63,907 nucleotides of DNA, filler included, from Octopus bimaculoides (GCF_001194135.2; 10 parts of 9 records of this genome joined end to end with filler, not necessarily neighbours in it), one strand, 5' to 3'; positions 50,230-60,871 are shown, numbered from the whole stretch's first letter. Program-made: numbers and translations. The notes: generated by a model not told the origin, from the letters alone.

Positions 50230-50440
50230 ATATACATTTATTATGATTGACCGTTGACTGAACACTATTCAATTTTTTTTCTCCGTGTTTTTCTCCTTGT
50301 CTCCGTATTCTTTCTGTTGAAGAGCGTAGCTCGAAACGTCAAAGTCTTTCCGTATTCCCGAGCGTCATACTAATATATACTTTTGTTATTTACACCACCT
50401 GTCCTTGTCTGTTGTTATTATTTGTATATTCCCCCATATA
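50230..50440 (+). mobile_element. PLE terminal-repeat-like segment carrying a minimal hammerhead
   Basis: Contains CTTT-CTGTTGAA-GAGC-GTA-GCTC-GAAACGTC-AAAG and ends at a microsatellite. No coding evidence, so the PLE assignment is inferred from the ribozyme type. Confidence 0.55.
50310..50344 (+). ncRNA. Minimal type I hammerhead-like motif with A6U core change
   Basis: CUUU-CUGUUGA(A)-GAGC GUA GCUC-GAAAC-GUC^AAAG. Confidence 0.6.
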
Positions 50441-50690
50441 TACATATGTATATATATATACATATATACATATATACATATATATACATATATATGTATA
50501 TATATACATGTATATGTATATATTTATATAAGGGGCATTACTACAGAATAATGCCACACACTGGACTTCCCAAAATAAACACATTTAGTACCAAACGCGA
50601 GGAAAAACAACCAACAGAAGAAGACNNNNNNNNNNAAACGCGAGGAAAAACAACCAACAGAAGAAGACCAACTTTCTTTTAAATAACTCA

Positions 50691-50752
50691 ACTATGTATC
50701 GACCGATTTCGCGATTACTAGAATGAATCTAGACTCCTCTCATCAGCATAGT
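50691..50752 (-). ncRNA. Type I hammerhead ribozyme with canonical core
   Basis: Minus strand ACUAUG-CUGAUGA-GAGGAGUCUAGA UUCAU UCUAGUAAUCGC-GAAA-UC GGUC GA-UA^CAUAGU. Stem I is 6 bp, stem III is 3 bp plus a tetraloop, and the site is AUA; the proximal stem II is weakened. Confidence 0.8.
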
Positions 50753-51102
50753 ATTGTTCCGGAAAACATATACAAATAAACAGAATTCTCACCTTACCAA
50801 AAATGAACACTCTCCGTATCCAACCAAGCATATATATATATGTATATATATACATATATGTATATATATATATACATATATGTATATATATACATATATA
50901 CATATATGTATATACATATGTATATATGTATTTGTATATGTGTGGATATTTATATATGTATATTTGATATGTATCTGTATGTATATATATATATATATAT
51001 ATNNNNNNNNNNNNNNNNNNNNNNNNNNNNNNNNNNNNNNNNNNNNTTAATTAATTAANNNNNNNNNNNNNNNNNNNNNNNNNNNNNNNNNNNNNNNNNN
51101 NN

Positions 51103-51531
51103 CAGGAGCAGACATTCCTTTTACATTCAGAAGACTACAATTCCCCCTTCGTGTGACTTTTGCCATGTCCATAAACAAATCTCAGGGTCAAACACTGTCT
51201 GTAGCTGGTCTTCTCTTGGAAGAGCCCTGCTTCTCACATGGACAACTGTATGTTGGCTGCTCAAGAGTGGGCAGCAAAAAAAACCTATTTGTATATGCTC
51301 CACAAGGGAAAACAAGGAACATTGTTTACAACGAGGTGTTATAATCACAACAGCAAGAAAGTATGTACATGATCACCTTCTTTTACGAAACTTCATTGAC
51401 TTTCATATATTTATATTGATATACATATATATACGTGTGTTTGGGTGTGTGTGTGTATATACATCACTATATATAAAGATGATGCGTACATTATTCTCTT
51501 TAACCCAGGCAACGCCGGGTATTTCTGCTAG
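51103..51531 (+). mobile_element. Helitron 3' end: PIF1-family helicase C-terminus, 3' hairpin and CTAG
   Basis: FTFRRLQFPLRVTFAMSINKSQGQTL...FSHGQLYVGCSRV...TRNIVYNEVL* (stop at 51344); hairpin ACCCAGGCAACGCCGGGT 51503-51520; CTAG|T at 51528-51531. Confidence 0.93.
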
Positions 51532-51549
51532 TATATATATATATATAGC

Positions 51550-52156
51550 TTCACTGAGGCAATGACTAGTGACCAAGACCTTTGGAAATATGCTGTGCGT
51601 GAGAAGGCCCAGCAAGCCAAGTGAGACCATAACCCGTGGCCTTTGCCAAGGGTGTAGCCAGTCCACTTATGCATACCTTTCCTTCATTGGACATTAAACT
51701 CTGCTTGTGAAGACCTGTCTGGGCAAGTGAAATCGAAATTGAACCAAAGTTGATGACTGGTACCCGTGCCAGTAGAGCGCTAACAGCACCGTCCAAGCGT
51801 GATCATTGCCTGAGCAGCTGTCTGGCTTCTGTGCCGGTGGCACGTATATGGCAACGTTTGAACATGATCGTTACCAGCATCAACTTACTGGCTCCTGTGC
51901 AGGTGGCACGTAAGAAACACCATTTGAGCGTGACTGTTGCCAGTACTGCCTGACTGGCCCTTGTACCGGTGGCACGTAAAAGCACCCACTACACTCTCGG
52001 GTGGTTGACGTTAGGAAGGGCATCCAGCTGTAGAAAATCTGCCAGATCAGATTGGAGCCTGGTGCAGCCATCTGGTTTGCCGGTCCTCAGTCAAATCATC
52101 CAACCCATTATAGCATGGAAAGTAGACATTAAACGATGACGATGATGATGATGATA
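51550..52156 (+). mobile_element. 5'-truncated RTE LINE 3' end, same family as 46706-48110
   Basis: CACTGAGGCAATGAC..GACCTTTGGAAATATGCTGTGCGTGAGAAG..CAAGCCAAGTGA; ends TTAAAC(GAT)n. Confidence 0.9.
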
Positions 52157-52689
52157 TACACACCATCTGTAGGGAATATGCTCCAGGTTGTTTGTAGGTA
52201 GCACTTACATCCTATTACAGAAACCTCTGTCATTTTAACATAGGCACATAGCTGTAGATTTTATAGAAGTATGTTGTGTGCCTATTATAATTAATTAATC
52301 TTCATAACTTGACTGGTATTTTATTAATTGTTCAGAAGAATAGAATGCAAATATCAACTTCTGATCAAATGATGATTTTTAATTACTTGATTGGTACTTG
52401 TTTTTAACCTTAAAGGAGAAATAAGGACTCTTTGAAATAACTGCTAAGTCTTAAAAAAGAAATGCATTGCATAATGTAGTCAAAGACATTGTATACTTGA
52501 AAAAGAGATGGAAGTCAAGGCTGGATTACTTTTGATCATAGATTTATTCAGTTAGTTGAGATAAAGATAAGCAACAGATTTCCTTTGGCAAAATCCTATG
52601 CCCTGTTTCTGTTCAACAATAGGTATGAATCAACCCAGTGTATTACTGATACTCTATTATTATTATTATGATTATTATTAGCTTGGTGT

Positions 52690-52860
52690 AAGGTGGCGAG
52701 CTGGCAGAATCATTAACACGCTGGATGAAATGCTTAGCTGTATTTCGCCCATCACTGAGGTTGATTTTGCCTTTCATCTTTTCAGGGTCGATAAATTAAG
52801 TACCCTAGTCCCCTCCTCACTAAATTTCAGGTTTTGTTCCTTTAGAAGAAAGGATTATTA
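52690..52860 (+). mobile_element. SINE family 1 copy with internal deletion
   Basis: AAGGTGGCGAGCTGGCAGAATC...TTTTGCCTTTCATCTTTTCAGGGTCGATAAATTAAGTACC. Confidence 0.8.
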
Positions 52861-53059
52861 GCTAGGTTTGGAGGAAGGAACAGTGCACACATCCTTCAAA
52901 TGCCTTCCATGACTGATGAGATTGATACTTAATAATCTGCTTAAACTGTTACATGTCAACCAATGCAGGAAAGATTTACAGGAAGATAATTGCAAGGCAC
53001 CAACATTCTGAGGAGGAAGGACTGGTTATTGTGGTTAAAGCAGGATGTAAGGGGAATGT

Positions 53060-53385
53060 GAACACAGCATGAGTAATGAGAGGATGAGAGACTAATGAGC
53101 TGAGTTAAATAGGTTAAATAGCATGAGCACAGATAGCTCTGAGAAGCTGAGGCCATTGTAGCAGCAACAGAAAAGGCAGAGAGAGAAGACAGTATATCTA
53201 TAAACCAGAAACTGAAGTATGTGTGAGTAACTTTATACCAATCAGTTGAGCGGCCTTTCTCTGGATGGCATTGGGATGTTTATGTGTGAAACAGCAGCAC
53301 TGTCCCAGATGTGGAAGTAATACTTGTTTGAGCTTTGTAGAGGTTGCTGGGTGAAGTATTTTCAGCTCTGAAAAAAAAATAATGA
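53060..53385 (-). mobile_element. CR1/L2-clade LINE ORF2 C-terminal remnant
   Basis: Minus strand across frameshifts: LYKAQ, HIWDSAA, AIQRKAAQLIG, SLCLF.CCYNG...SEL. Confidence 0.75.
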
Positions 53386-53469
53386 ATGGATCAGTCTTTG
53401 TTGAAATGCAGTCTTAGTTATGTTTATATAATACCATTAATAAGCTCAAATATATTGATGAAATGATTG

Positions 53470-54240
53470 TCCTACTGTTTAATATTAGTCAGAGATGGAG
53501 AAATTGCAACCTGGCTGTTCCCATTTTCTACATACCTCACAATAGCTTTCTTTGCTCATTGGCTTCTCAACCCTGCTATTTTTATTCATATGTTCCACAT
53601 TTCTTTCATTTCCTGGCTGGTTTCTGCCAACAATATTTTGCAGACTCTGTTTCCTTCCTCTCCTGGCTGGGTTAGATGAACAGTAGGGTCAATTGAATAC
53701 TGTAGCACCATGAGCTTTTTCCTGAACACCTCCATCAGCCTTGCTAAAGCAGATGGAGTTTTGCAATAGCACCTTTTACAGCTCAATTCTTGTAAAGCAT
53801 GCAGGAGACCAACTTACCATCATAGAAACTTACTTGTACAGTTGTTTCATTCTTTCTTCTCTTGTTATTGATATTTCATGCACTTGGCAGTGAGAGGCTC
53901 AAACAGGTTGAATTGTACAAGTATTTTGGAGCCCAAATTTCTGATGATGCTGCATGTGAGGAAGAAAGTAAGATACGGCTAGGAGCCAAGAATTTGTGAA
54001 CATTGTGAAAAGACAAAAGCTCATCTATTATGGCCATATTTAAAGAAGCAGAGTTTTGGAAAACATTACCGTAGAGAGGAAGACTAGAGAGAAGTGGATC
54101 ATGAGGCAGGTAAAGAACGCAATGAACGAATGAATAATATCAAGAACTAGTAGGACAAGGATGGCAAAGCAGCGGAGAACTTGTGCTTAATTGGGAAGAC
54201 TTTCATTGTAGTATCATCAATGCTCTGCTGGTGTACAATA
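53470..54240. mobile_element. Rearranged RTE (BovB/RTE-X-like) remnant: N-terminal RT piece on minus, C-terminal piece on plus
   Basis: Minus 53760 to 53470: QPGEEGNRVCKI and SRVEK..KE-like. Plus 53870-54240: ERLKQVELYKYFGAQISDDAACEEESKIRLG, then IVKRQKLIYYGHI. Confidence 0.6.
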
Positions 54241-54746
54241 CATGATAACACTGATAGACTGGCCATAACAGCCTTGGCCTTCCTTGTATTGTTGTATTGC
54301 AGCCCTTGGTCTTGATACCTCTCTTGGCATCATTTTAGAGTACTGTATAGATATGACCAAAACCCTTAACTGTCTCTTAAGGAATATCTTTAAAATTTAG
54401 TTAGAAATAATTTCTCGTAGATTATTGCAATAAGCATCTTTACTGATTTATCCTAGCATTATAAAGATGCCCTATCTGAAAACAATTTCAAATATGTTTT
54501 ACACTAATTACACATTCTCTCTCTCTCTCTCTCTCTCTCCCTCTCCCTCTCTCNNNNNNNNNNNNNNNNNNNNNNNNNNNNNNNNNNNNNNNNNNNNNNN
54601 NNNNNNNNNNNNNNNNNNNNNNNNNNNNNNNNNNNNNNNNNNNNNNNNNNNNNNNNNNNNNNNNNNNNNNNNNNNNNNNNNNNNNNNNNNNNNNNNNNNN
54701 NNNNNNNNNNNNNNNNNNNNNNNNNNNNNNNNNCCTCTCCCTCTCC

Positions 54747-54790
<44 letters not shown>

Positions 54791-55510
54791 TTGCACATCT
54801 GCATTTAGTGCCTATGTCTTGTTACTGTTCAATATTTCATTTTTCACACAAACGTCATACAATCTGCTCTTTTTACACAGATTTAAGCACAGTCCCTTTG
54901 TTGCTAAATATTTTCTGCCACTTTATAATTCAAGCTTCTATGCTTTTGCTTCAACTCTCTCCCACTGCTGATTAACTCACATAGGTAATGAAAGCTGTCA
55001 ACTATTTTTAGTAAGCCTATTAGGCTATCAAGATTGAATTTCTTGGCTATCTATATACATATTTAAAAATATGCATTTTTATTCAGTTCTCCAAAAATGC
55101 AAAACGACAGCCAGTGAAGACTGGTAGTTTTGTCTGGCTTCAGAGGACTATCATGATACTTGCAATTCCTTTATCATTCGAATGCTATGAAAATTAAACT
55201 GTTCCTTTAATTTTCAAACTATCCTGGAGAAGTAACAAATGTATAGTTAAACGAATTACTCAACTTTTCGTTTCAACTGCTAACATAAATTTAATGGCTT
55301 TGTAGGGTGGCATATCAACTACCCAAGCACCTAATATTTTCCTCAGGCAACTTTTATATTTGATTCATTAAGTTTTTTTTGACAGTGATGTCACAACAAA
55401 CACTTCTTTTCCAATCTGTTTATAATCTTTAACAATTTCCACGTGGAAGGTGTTTATAAGTCATTTAAAAACACACAAAAACCGTTAGATTCACTTCAAC
55501 ATATAAATTT

Positions 55511-55566
55511 AATTTGCCAAAATATTTTCGTTGCTTTGAGACTGCGACCTGTTCACTGACAAAATT
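55511..55566 (-). ncRNA. Type I hammerhead ribozyme with compensatory G3:C8 core variant
   Basis: Minus strand AAUUUUGUCA-GUGAACA-G-GUCGC AGUCUCAAA GCAAC-GAAA-AUA-UUU^UGGCAAAUU. Stem I has 7 contiguous pairs, stem II has 4 of 5 pairs, and stem III is palindromic (AAUAUU). Confidence 0.75.
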
Positions 55567-55746
55567 CCATGCTGCATCTCTTATAATCTTTAATTTGATG
55601 TCTAATGATATTGCTTTACACTTATATGACATGGTGGAATAATAACTGAATTAATTTTTAAAAAAATATGTACTTTAAGAAATTACAAAATTATTATACA
55701 ACAGAAGGCAAAAGTGAACATGTGACTGACTGACTGTATACATACT

Positions 55747-55987
55747 CATCATCATCATCATCATCATCGTTTAACGTCCGCTTTCCATGCTAGCATGGGT
55801 TGGACGATTTGACTGAGGACTGGTGAAACCGGATGGCAACACCAGGCTCCAGTCTGATTTGGCAGAGTTTCTACAGCTGGATGCCCTTCCTAACGCCAAC
55901 CACTCAGAGAGTGTAGTGGGTGCTTTTACGTGTCACCCGCACGAAAACGGCCACGCTCGAAATGGTGTCTTTTATGTGCCACCCGCA
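55747..55987 (-). mobile_element. RTE LINE 3' UTR end with (GAT)n tail, truncated by a gap
   Basis: (CAT)n CGTTTAACGTCCGCTTTCCATGCTAGCATGGGTTGG...GGATGCCCTTCCTAACGCCAACCAC. Confidence 0.92.
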
Positions 55988-56779
55988 NNNNNNNNNNNNN
56001 NNNNNNNNNNNNNNNNNNNNNNNNNNNNNNNTTAATTAATTAANNNNNNNNNNNNNNNNNNNNNNNNNNNNNNNNNNNNNNNNNNNNTATCGAAAGACAC
56101 AGTACGACTATGCTAGACTCTTCTAAAGTTCTACATGTATGCATTATCATTGCTGTTATTGTTATAAGCATTCCAGCGATGGAGGTATTCTTTCTTTGTC
56201 AGAAACCAGTTCTTTCGTTCTGGGAAGAGTTGAAATTGAAAACGTAAAATCACATACAGTACGTAGACACACACACACACCATATGTATATGTATGTATG
56301 CATGTATGCACGTTTATTTGTATGTATATGTGTGTGTGTATGTGTGTGAATGTATACATGTATGTATGTATGCATGCCTGCTTGCATTTATATATGTATG
56401 TGTCTTTGTATGACAATAAAATCCGTAGGTGGAGACGGAATTAGCGACAGTCGAATAGAACGTATACACTAGATAACGGATATAGAGTGAAAGGTTTTGT
56501 TTCTTTTTTCCCTGTATGATAAAATCGACATTACCTGCTGATCACGTCACTTCGTGATCATCGTAGCTTCGTACACATGAGAATGTATGTATGTATGTAT
56601 GTATGATGTTCGTGGATCGAACTTGAGTGGTATGAAACTCTGGGTGATTGTGCACTGCTAAATATGCATAAATACTATACTATGTATTGAATACTATCTT
56701 ATGGCTCTATGTTAATGAGAAAAAAAAAAGAAAAGAAAACATGAGACAGAGTATACGAAAATCAACACATCTATCTATC

Positions 56780-57050
56780 TGTCTGTCTGTCACAGCTTGC
56801 TCGTGAGATTAACGTGTAAGTGGCTGAGGACTCCACAGACGCGCACACCACTTCACATACTTCTCAGGGAGATTCAGCGTGACACAGTGTGACAAGGCTG
56901 GCCCCTTGAAATACAGGTACTACTCATTTTTGCCAGCTGAGTGGACTGGAGCATCGAGAAATAAAGTGTCTTGCTCAAGGACACAACGCGCCGCCGGGAA
57001 TCGAACTCACGACCCTGCGATCGCGAGCCAAATGAACTAAGCCTTCACAC
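56780..57050 (-). mobile_element. tRNA-derived SINE family 3, tail type c
   Basis: Reverse complement GGTCGTGAGTTCGATTCCCGG (B box), GCGTTGTGTCCTTGAGCAAGACACTTTATTTC...GCTCCAGTCCACTCAGCTGG. Confidence 0.85.
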
Positions 57051-58449
57051 ANNNNNNNNNNNNNNNNNNNNNNNNNNNNNNNNNNNNNNNNNNNNNNNNN
57101 NNNNNNNNNNNNNNNNNNNNNNNNNNNNNNNNNNNNNNNNNNNNNNNNNNNNNNNNNNNNNNNNNNNNNNNNNNNNNNNNNNNNNNNNNNNNNNNNNNNN
57201 NNNNNNNNNNNNNNNNNNNNNNNNNNNNNNNNNNNNNNNNNNNNNNNNNNNNNNNNNNNNNNNNNNNNNNNNNNNNNNNNNNNNNNNNNNNNNNNNNNNN
57301 NNNNNNNNNNNNNNNNNNNNNNNNNNNNNNNNNNNNNNNNNNNNNNNNNNNNNNNNNNNNNNNNNNNNNNNNNNNNNNNNNNNNNNNNNNNNNNNNNNNN
57401 NNNNNNNNNNNNNNNNNNNNNNNNNNNNNNNNNNNNNNNNNNNNNNNNNNNNNNNNNNNNNNNNNNNNNNNNNNNNNNNNNNNNNNNNNNNNNNNNNNNN
57501 NNNNNNNNNNNNNNNNNNNNNNNNNNNNNNNNNNNNNNNNNNNNNNNNNNNNNNNNNNNNNNNNNNNNNNNNNNNNNNNNNNNNNNNNNNNNNNNNNNNN
57601 NNNNNNNNNNNNNNNNNNNNNNNNNNNNNNNNNNNNNNNNNNNNNNNNNNNNNNNNNNNNNNNNNNNNNNNNNNNNNNNNNNNNNNNNNNNNNNNNNNNN
57701 NNNNNNNNNNNNNNNNNNNNNNNNNNNNNNNNNNNNNNNNNNNNNNNNNNNNNNNNNNNNNNNNNNNNNNNNNNNNNNNNNNNNNNNNNNNNNNNNNNNN
57801 NNNNNNNNNNNNNNNNNNNNNNNNNNNNNNNNNNNNNNNNNNNNNNNNNNNNNNNNNNNNNNNNNNNNNNNNNNNNNNNNNNNNNNNNNNNNNNNNNNNN
57901 NNNNNNNNNNNNNNNNNNNNNNNNNNNNNNNNNNNNNNNNNNNNNCGTGATAATGTGCGGTGCCGACTGTTTTCATTGTTTCTTTGGCGGTAGTAAATAC
58001 GTGAACTCAGTCTTTGCACCTCTCTTCTGCTAAAACCGCAGAACTATGCATATGTCAACCAACGAGGATTGGCGTCAACGAAGCTCCTGGAGGCCAAGTT
58101 TGTCCTTGCAATTTTACACTTCTCAATCGCAGTCGATTTATCGAGCTAATACAGCCGATATACAGTTTTTTTTTTTTTCAATCTGACACAGTTTATTTTT
58201 AACACTTCCTCTCATTAAACTATCCTTGCAATCAGTTTTTCTTCTTCTTATTTTGTGTCGCAGCACAGTTGTTGTCAGCAGCATCCTCAGTAAGTAGCAG
58301 TCACTTTTAACTGGAGTCATAGGGTGTCACAGCTAAAGTGAAAATCAATAATTTAATTTTTTTATCTTGACAGATATAATAAAAAGGTACCGATGAAACA
58401 TCAATATTCACAGAAAATAGGAATTGTTAACGTCTTTGTCTCCTCCGGA

Positions 58450-58451
58450 AA

Positions 58452-58483
<32 letters not shown>

Positions 58484-58705
58484 CCACCACCACCACCACC
58501 ACCAACACCACCACCTCCACTCACTCACCCCACCAAAACCACTACCACGACCACCACCACCCCCACCATCACTAAGATCACCACCAACCTTTTCCTCCTC
58601 AAAATCATCTTCATCNNNNNNNNNNNNNNNNNNNNNNNNNNNNNNNNNNNNNNNNNNCCTCCTCATCCTCATCCTCCCCTCCCCCTCCTCATCATCATCA
58701 TCGTT
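58450..58705. repeat. Compound triplet repeats (CAG)n, (CAC)n, (CAT/CCT)n
   Basis: Directly visible, with no coding context. Confidence 0.9.
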
Positions 58706-59413
58706 GTCAACAACTGCGTACCGTCATCACGAACGCCTTTACACATCGTTAGACCTGATTGTTATTATCGCCCTCAACGCCGTTATTGAAGAGACTATCG
58801 GACTAGGTTGTATACTTCCCTAGTCTACCAATCCACCAATCCACCAATCCAGCAATCTACCAATTAACCAATCCACAAATCTACCAATACCTCAGCTTAC
58901 CAACTGACCTATTCTCAAACCCATTAATCCTTATTGAGCCAAAAAATTGGTGATTGTATTTTATGTGTTTGTATTTCAATTAAATGTTTACACTCTAAAT
59001 ATTCTAGAAAGACACCATCTGTTGCAGACAGTCAAATAAAAGCAAATCCAAACAGCAAAACACGCAGTTAAACATGAAACAAAAACAATTATTTACAAAG
59101 CAAAGGGCAAGAAGAGTAAAGGAAAAAAACAGAAAAGAAAATAGTTTTCAGCGGCTGCTGATCACAAAGGTAATATTTTAATATTTTCTACAGAGTGGTA
59201 AAATAATTGACATTTTAGAACGAATTTTGAGGGTTAAGAATTTAAGTGTCTCTTTTGTTTATTAGGTATTGTGTAGTTATCTCCTGACTTTAGATTGCAA
59301 GATGATAAGCTTCGAAATGTGGTGTGATCTAGCGGTGATCGTGACTTCAAAAGAAGCTACACTTCCTGGTAATGTTAGCACAGTTCACAGGTATGTATGC
59401 ATGCATGTATATG

Positions 59414-59458
<45 letters not shown>

Positions 59459-60084
59459 TTGTGTGTGTTTGTGTGTGTGTGTGTGTGTATATACATGCAT
59501 ACATGCATGCATATATGTGTATATGCGTACACACACACATTTATACACACATAGAGTGTTCGTATTGTATATGTATGCACATATTTATATATCTATTTTC
59601 TGGTTTTATTTTCCAAATTTCTCCCTAAAGTAGAAAGAACCGGTTTCTAACCTAGATACATTGCTTTTTCATTAAAATTTAGACATGTACTAGGTAAACG
59701 CACACACACACACACACAGACGCACACACACACACAGTGACGCACACACACACCCACATACACACACAGACGCGCACACACACACACACTCACACACACA
59801 CGTGTGTGTGTGCGCGCGGGTGTAAATGTGTGTGTGTGTGTACATACACAAATACGTGCATTTTGTATTTGTGTCCGTGCCCGAGTTAGTACTTACGTTT
59901 ATAATTATGAAAAAATTGTGTTCCTGTTTACTCAAATACAGAAAACGGAGATCGATACACTTAGTACCAGACTGAAATACGTACAACGGTCAATATTAGT
60001 TAGATCTATTATCTACTGTAGGTGTTGCCTCAGAATGCCAATAATTCAGTGACTGAAACCAGAAACAGAGTATACTTAAAGAAT

Positions 60085-60290
60085 AATGTTTTCTTCTGTA
60101 GACATAATACCTGGAATTTTTGGGGAGGTGTTAGTCGATGACGTTGGTCTCACTGCTCAAGAGGTACTTATTTCTTCGACCCCAAAAGAATGAAAAGTAA
60201 AGTCGACTCCGGCAGAATTTGAACTTAGAACGTAAAGCCTAACAAAACACCGTTGTCCGGTGTGCTAACGATTTTACCAGCACGCCGTTT
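60085..60290 (-). mobile_element. SINE family 1 copy
   Basis: GTACTTATTTCTTCGACCCCAAAAGAATGAAAAGTAAAGTCGACTCCGGCAGAATTTGAACT. Confidence 0.8.
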
Positions 60291-60816
60291 AATACTTAAA
60301 GAATAACAACAGAATAGTTAGAAACGCAGTAACACCAGCTGCAGGAGCCGCAGAAGGAAGCTTCTATAAGGTCACATGTTCTGCTAGGAAGAGCAGCCAA
60401 ATACCCGTCAAACAATACAACAACACTTTGTTTTAAGTGATATGCAAATCAAATGTGTTGCTGGATCGTTTTGTGTCTGAGGTATGACAGGATGGTCATA
60501 GCGCTAATTTTTTAATCATAGATCTGATCTACCTGATTTTATGTACTTGACCTGGGTAGAAACAGCAGCGGCAGCGGCAGCAGCGGCAGCGGCAGCAGCA
60601 GCAGCAGCGAGGGCAACAACAACAGCAGCAGCGGAACCAGTAGTAATAATAGTCAAGTTGTCTGCCATTCATACTGTACTCGCTTTAATATTTATATATA
60701 TGTATATATATANNNNNNNNNNNNNNNNNNNNNNNNNNNNNNNNNNNNNNNNNNNNTTAATTAATTAANNNNNNNNNNNNNNNNNNNNNNNNNNNNNNNN
60801 NNNNNNNNNNNNATAT

Positions 60817-60871
<55 letters not shown>

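Noticed and set aside
12937-57050. tRNA genes
   Set aside because: All tRNA-like A/B-box segments continue into SINE bodies and lack a complete cloverleaf.
7241-58019. Long ORFs in the track made mostly of X, or of YI/CV/HT/LS runs
   Set aside because: They are products of N-gaps and di- or tetranucleotide microsatellites, not genes.
59268-59391. Candidate exon ending CACAG|GTATGT
   Set aside because: The donor is the start of a (GTAT)n microsatellite, and the peptide is unrecognisable.
58450-60650. Poly-Gln, Ala, Thr or His coding repeats of a transcription factor
   Set aside because: No flanking domain or splice context; frames close quickly; typical non-coding triplet microsatellites.
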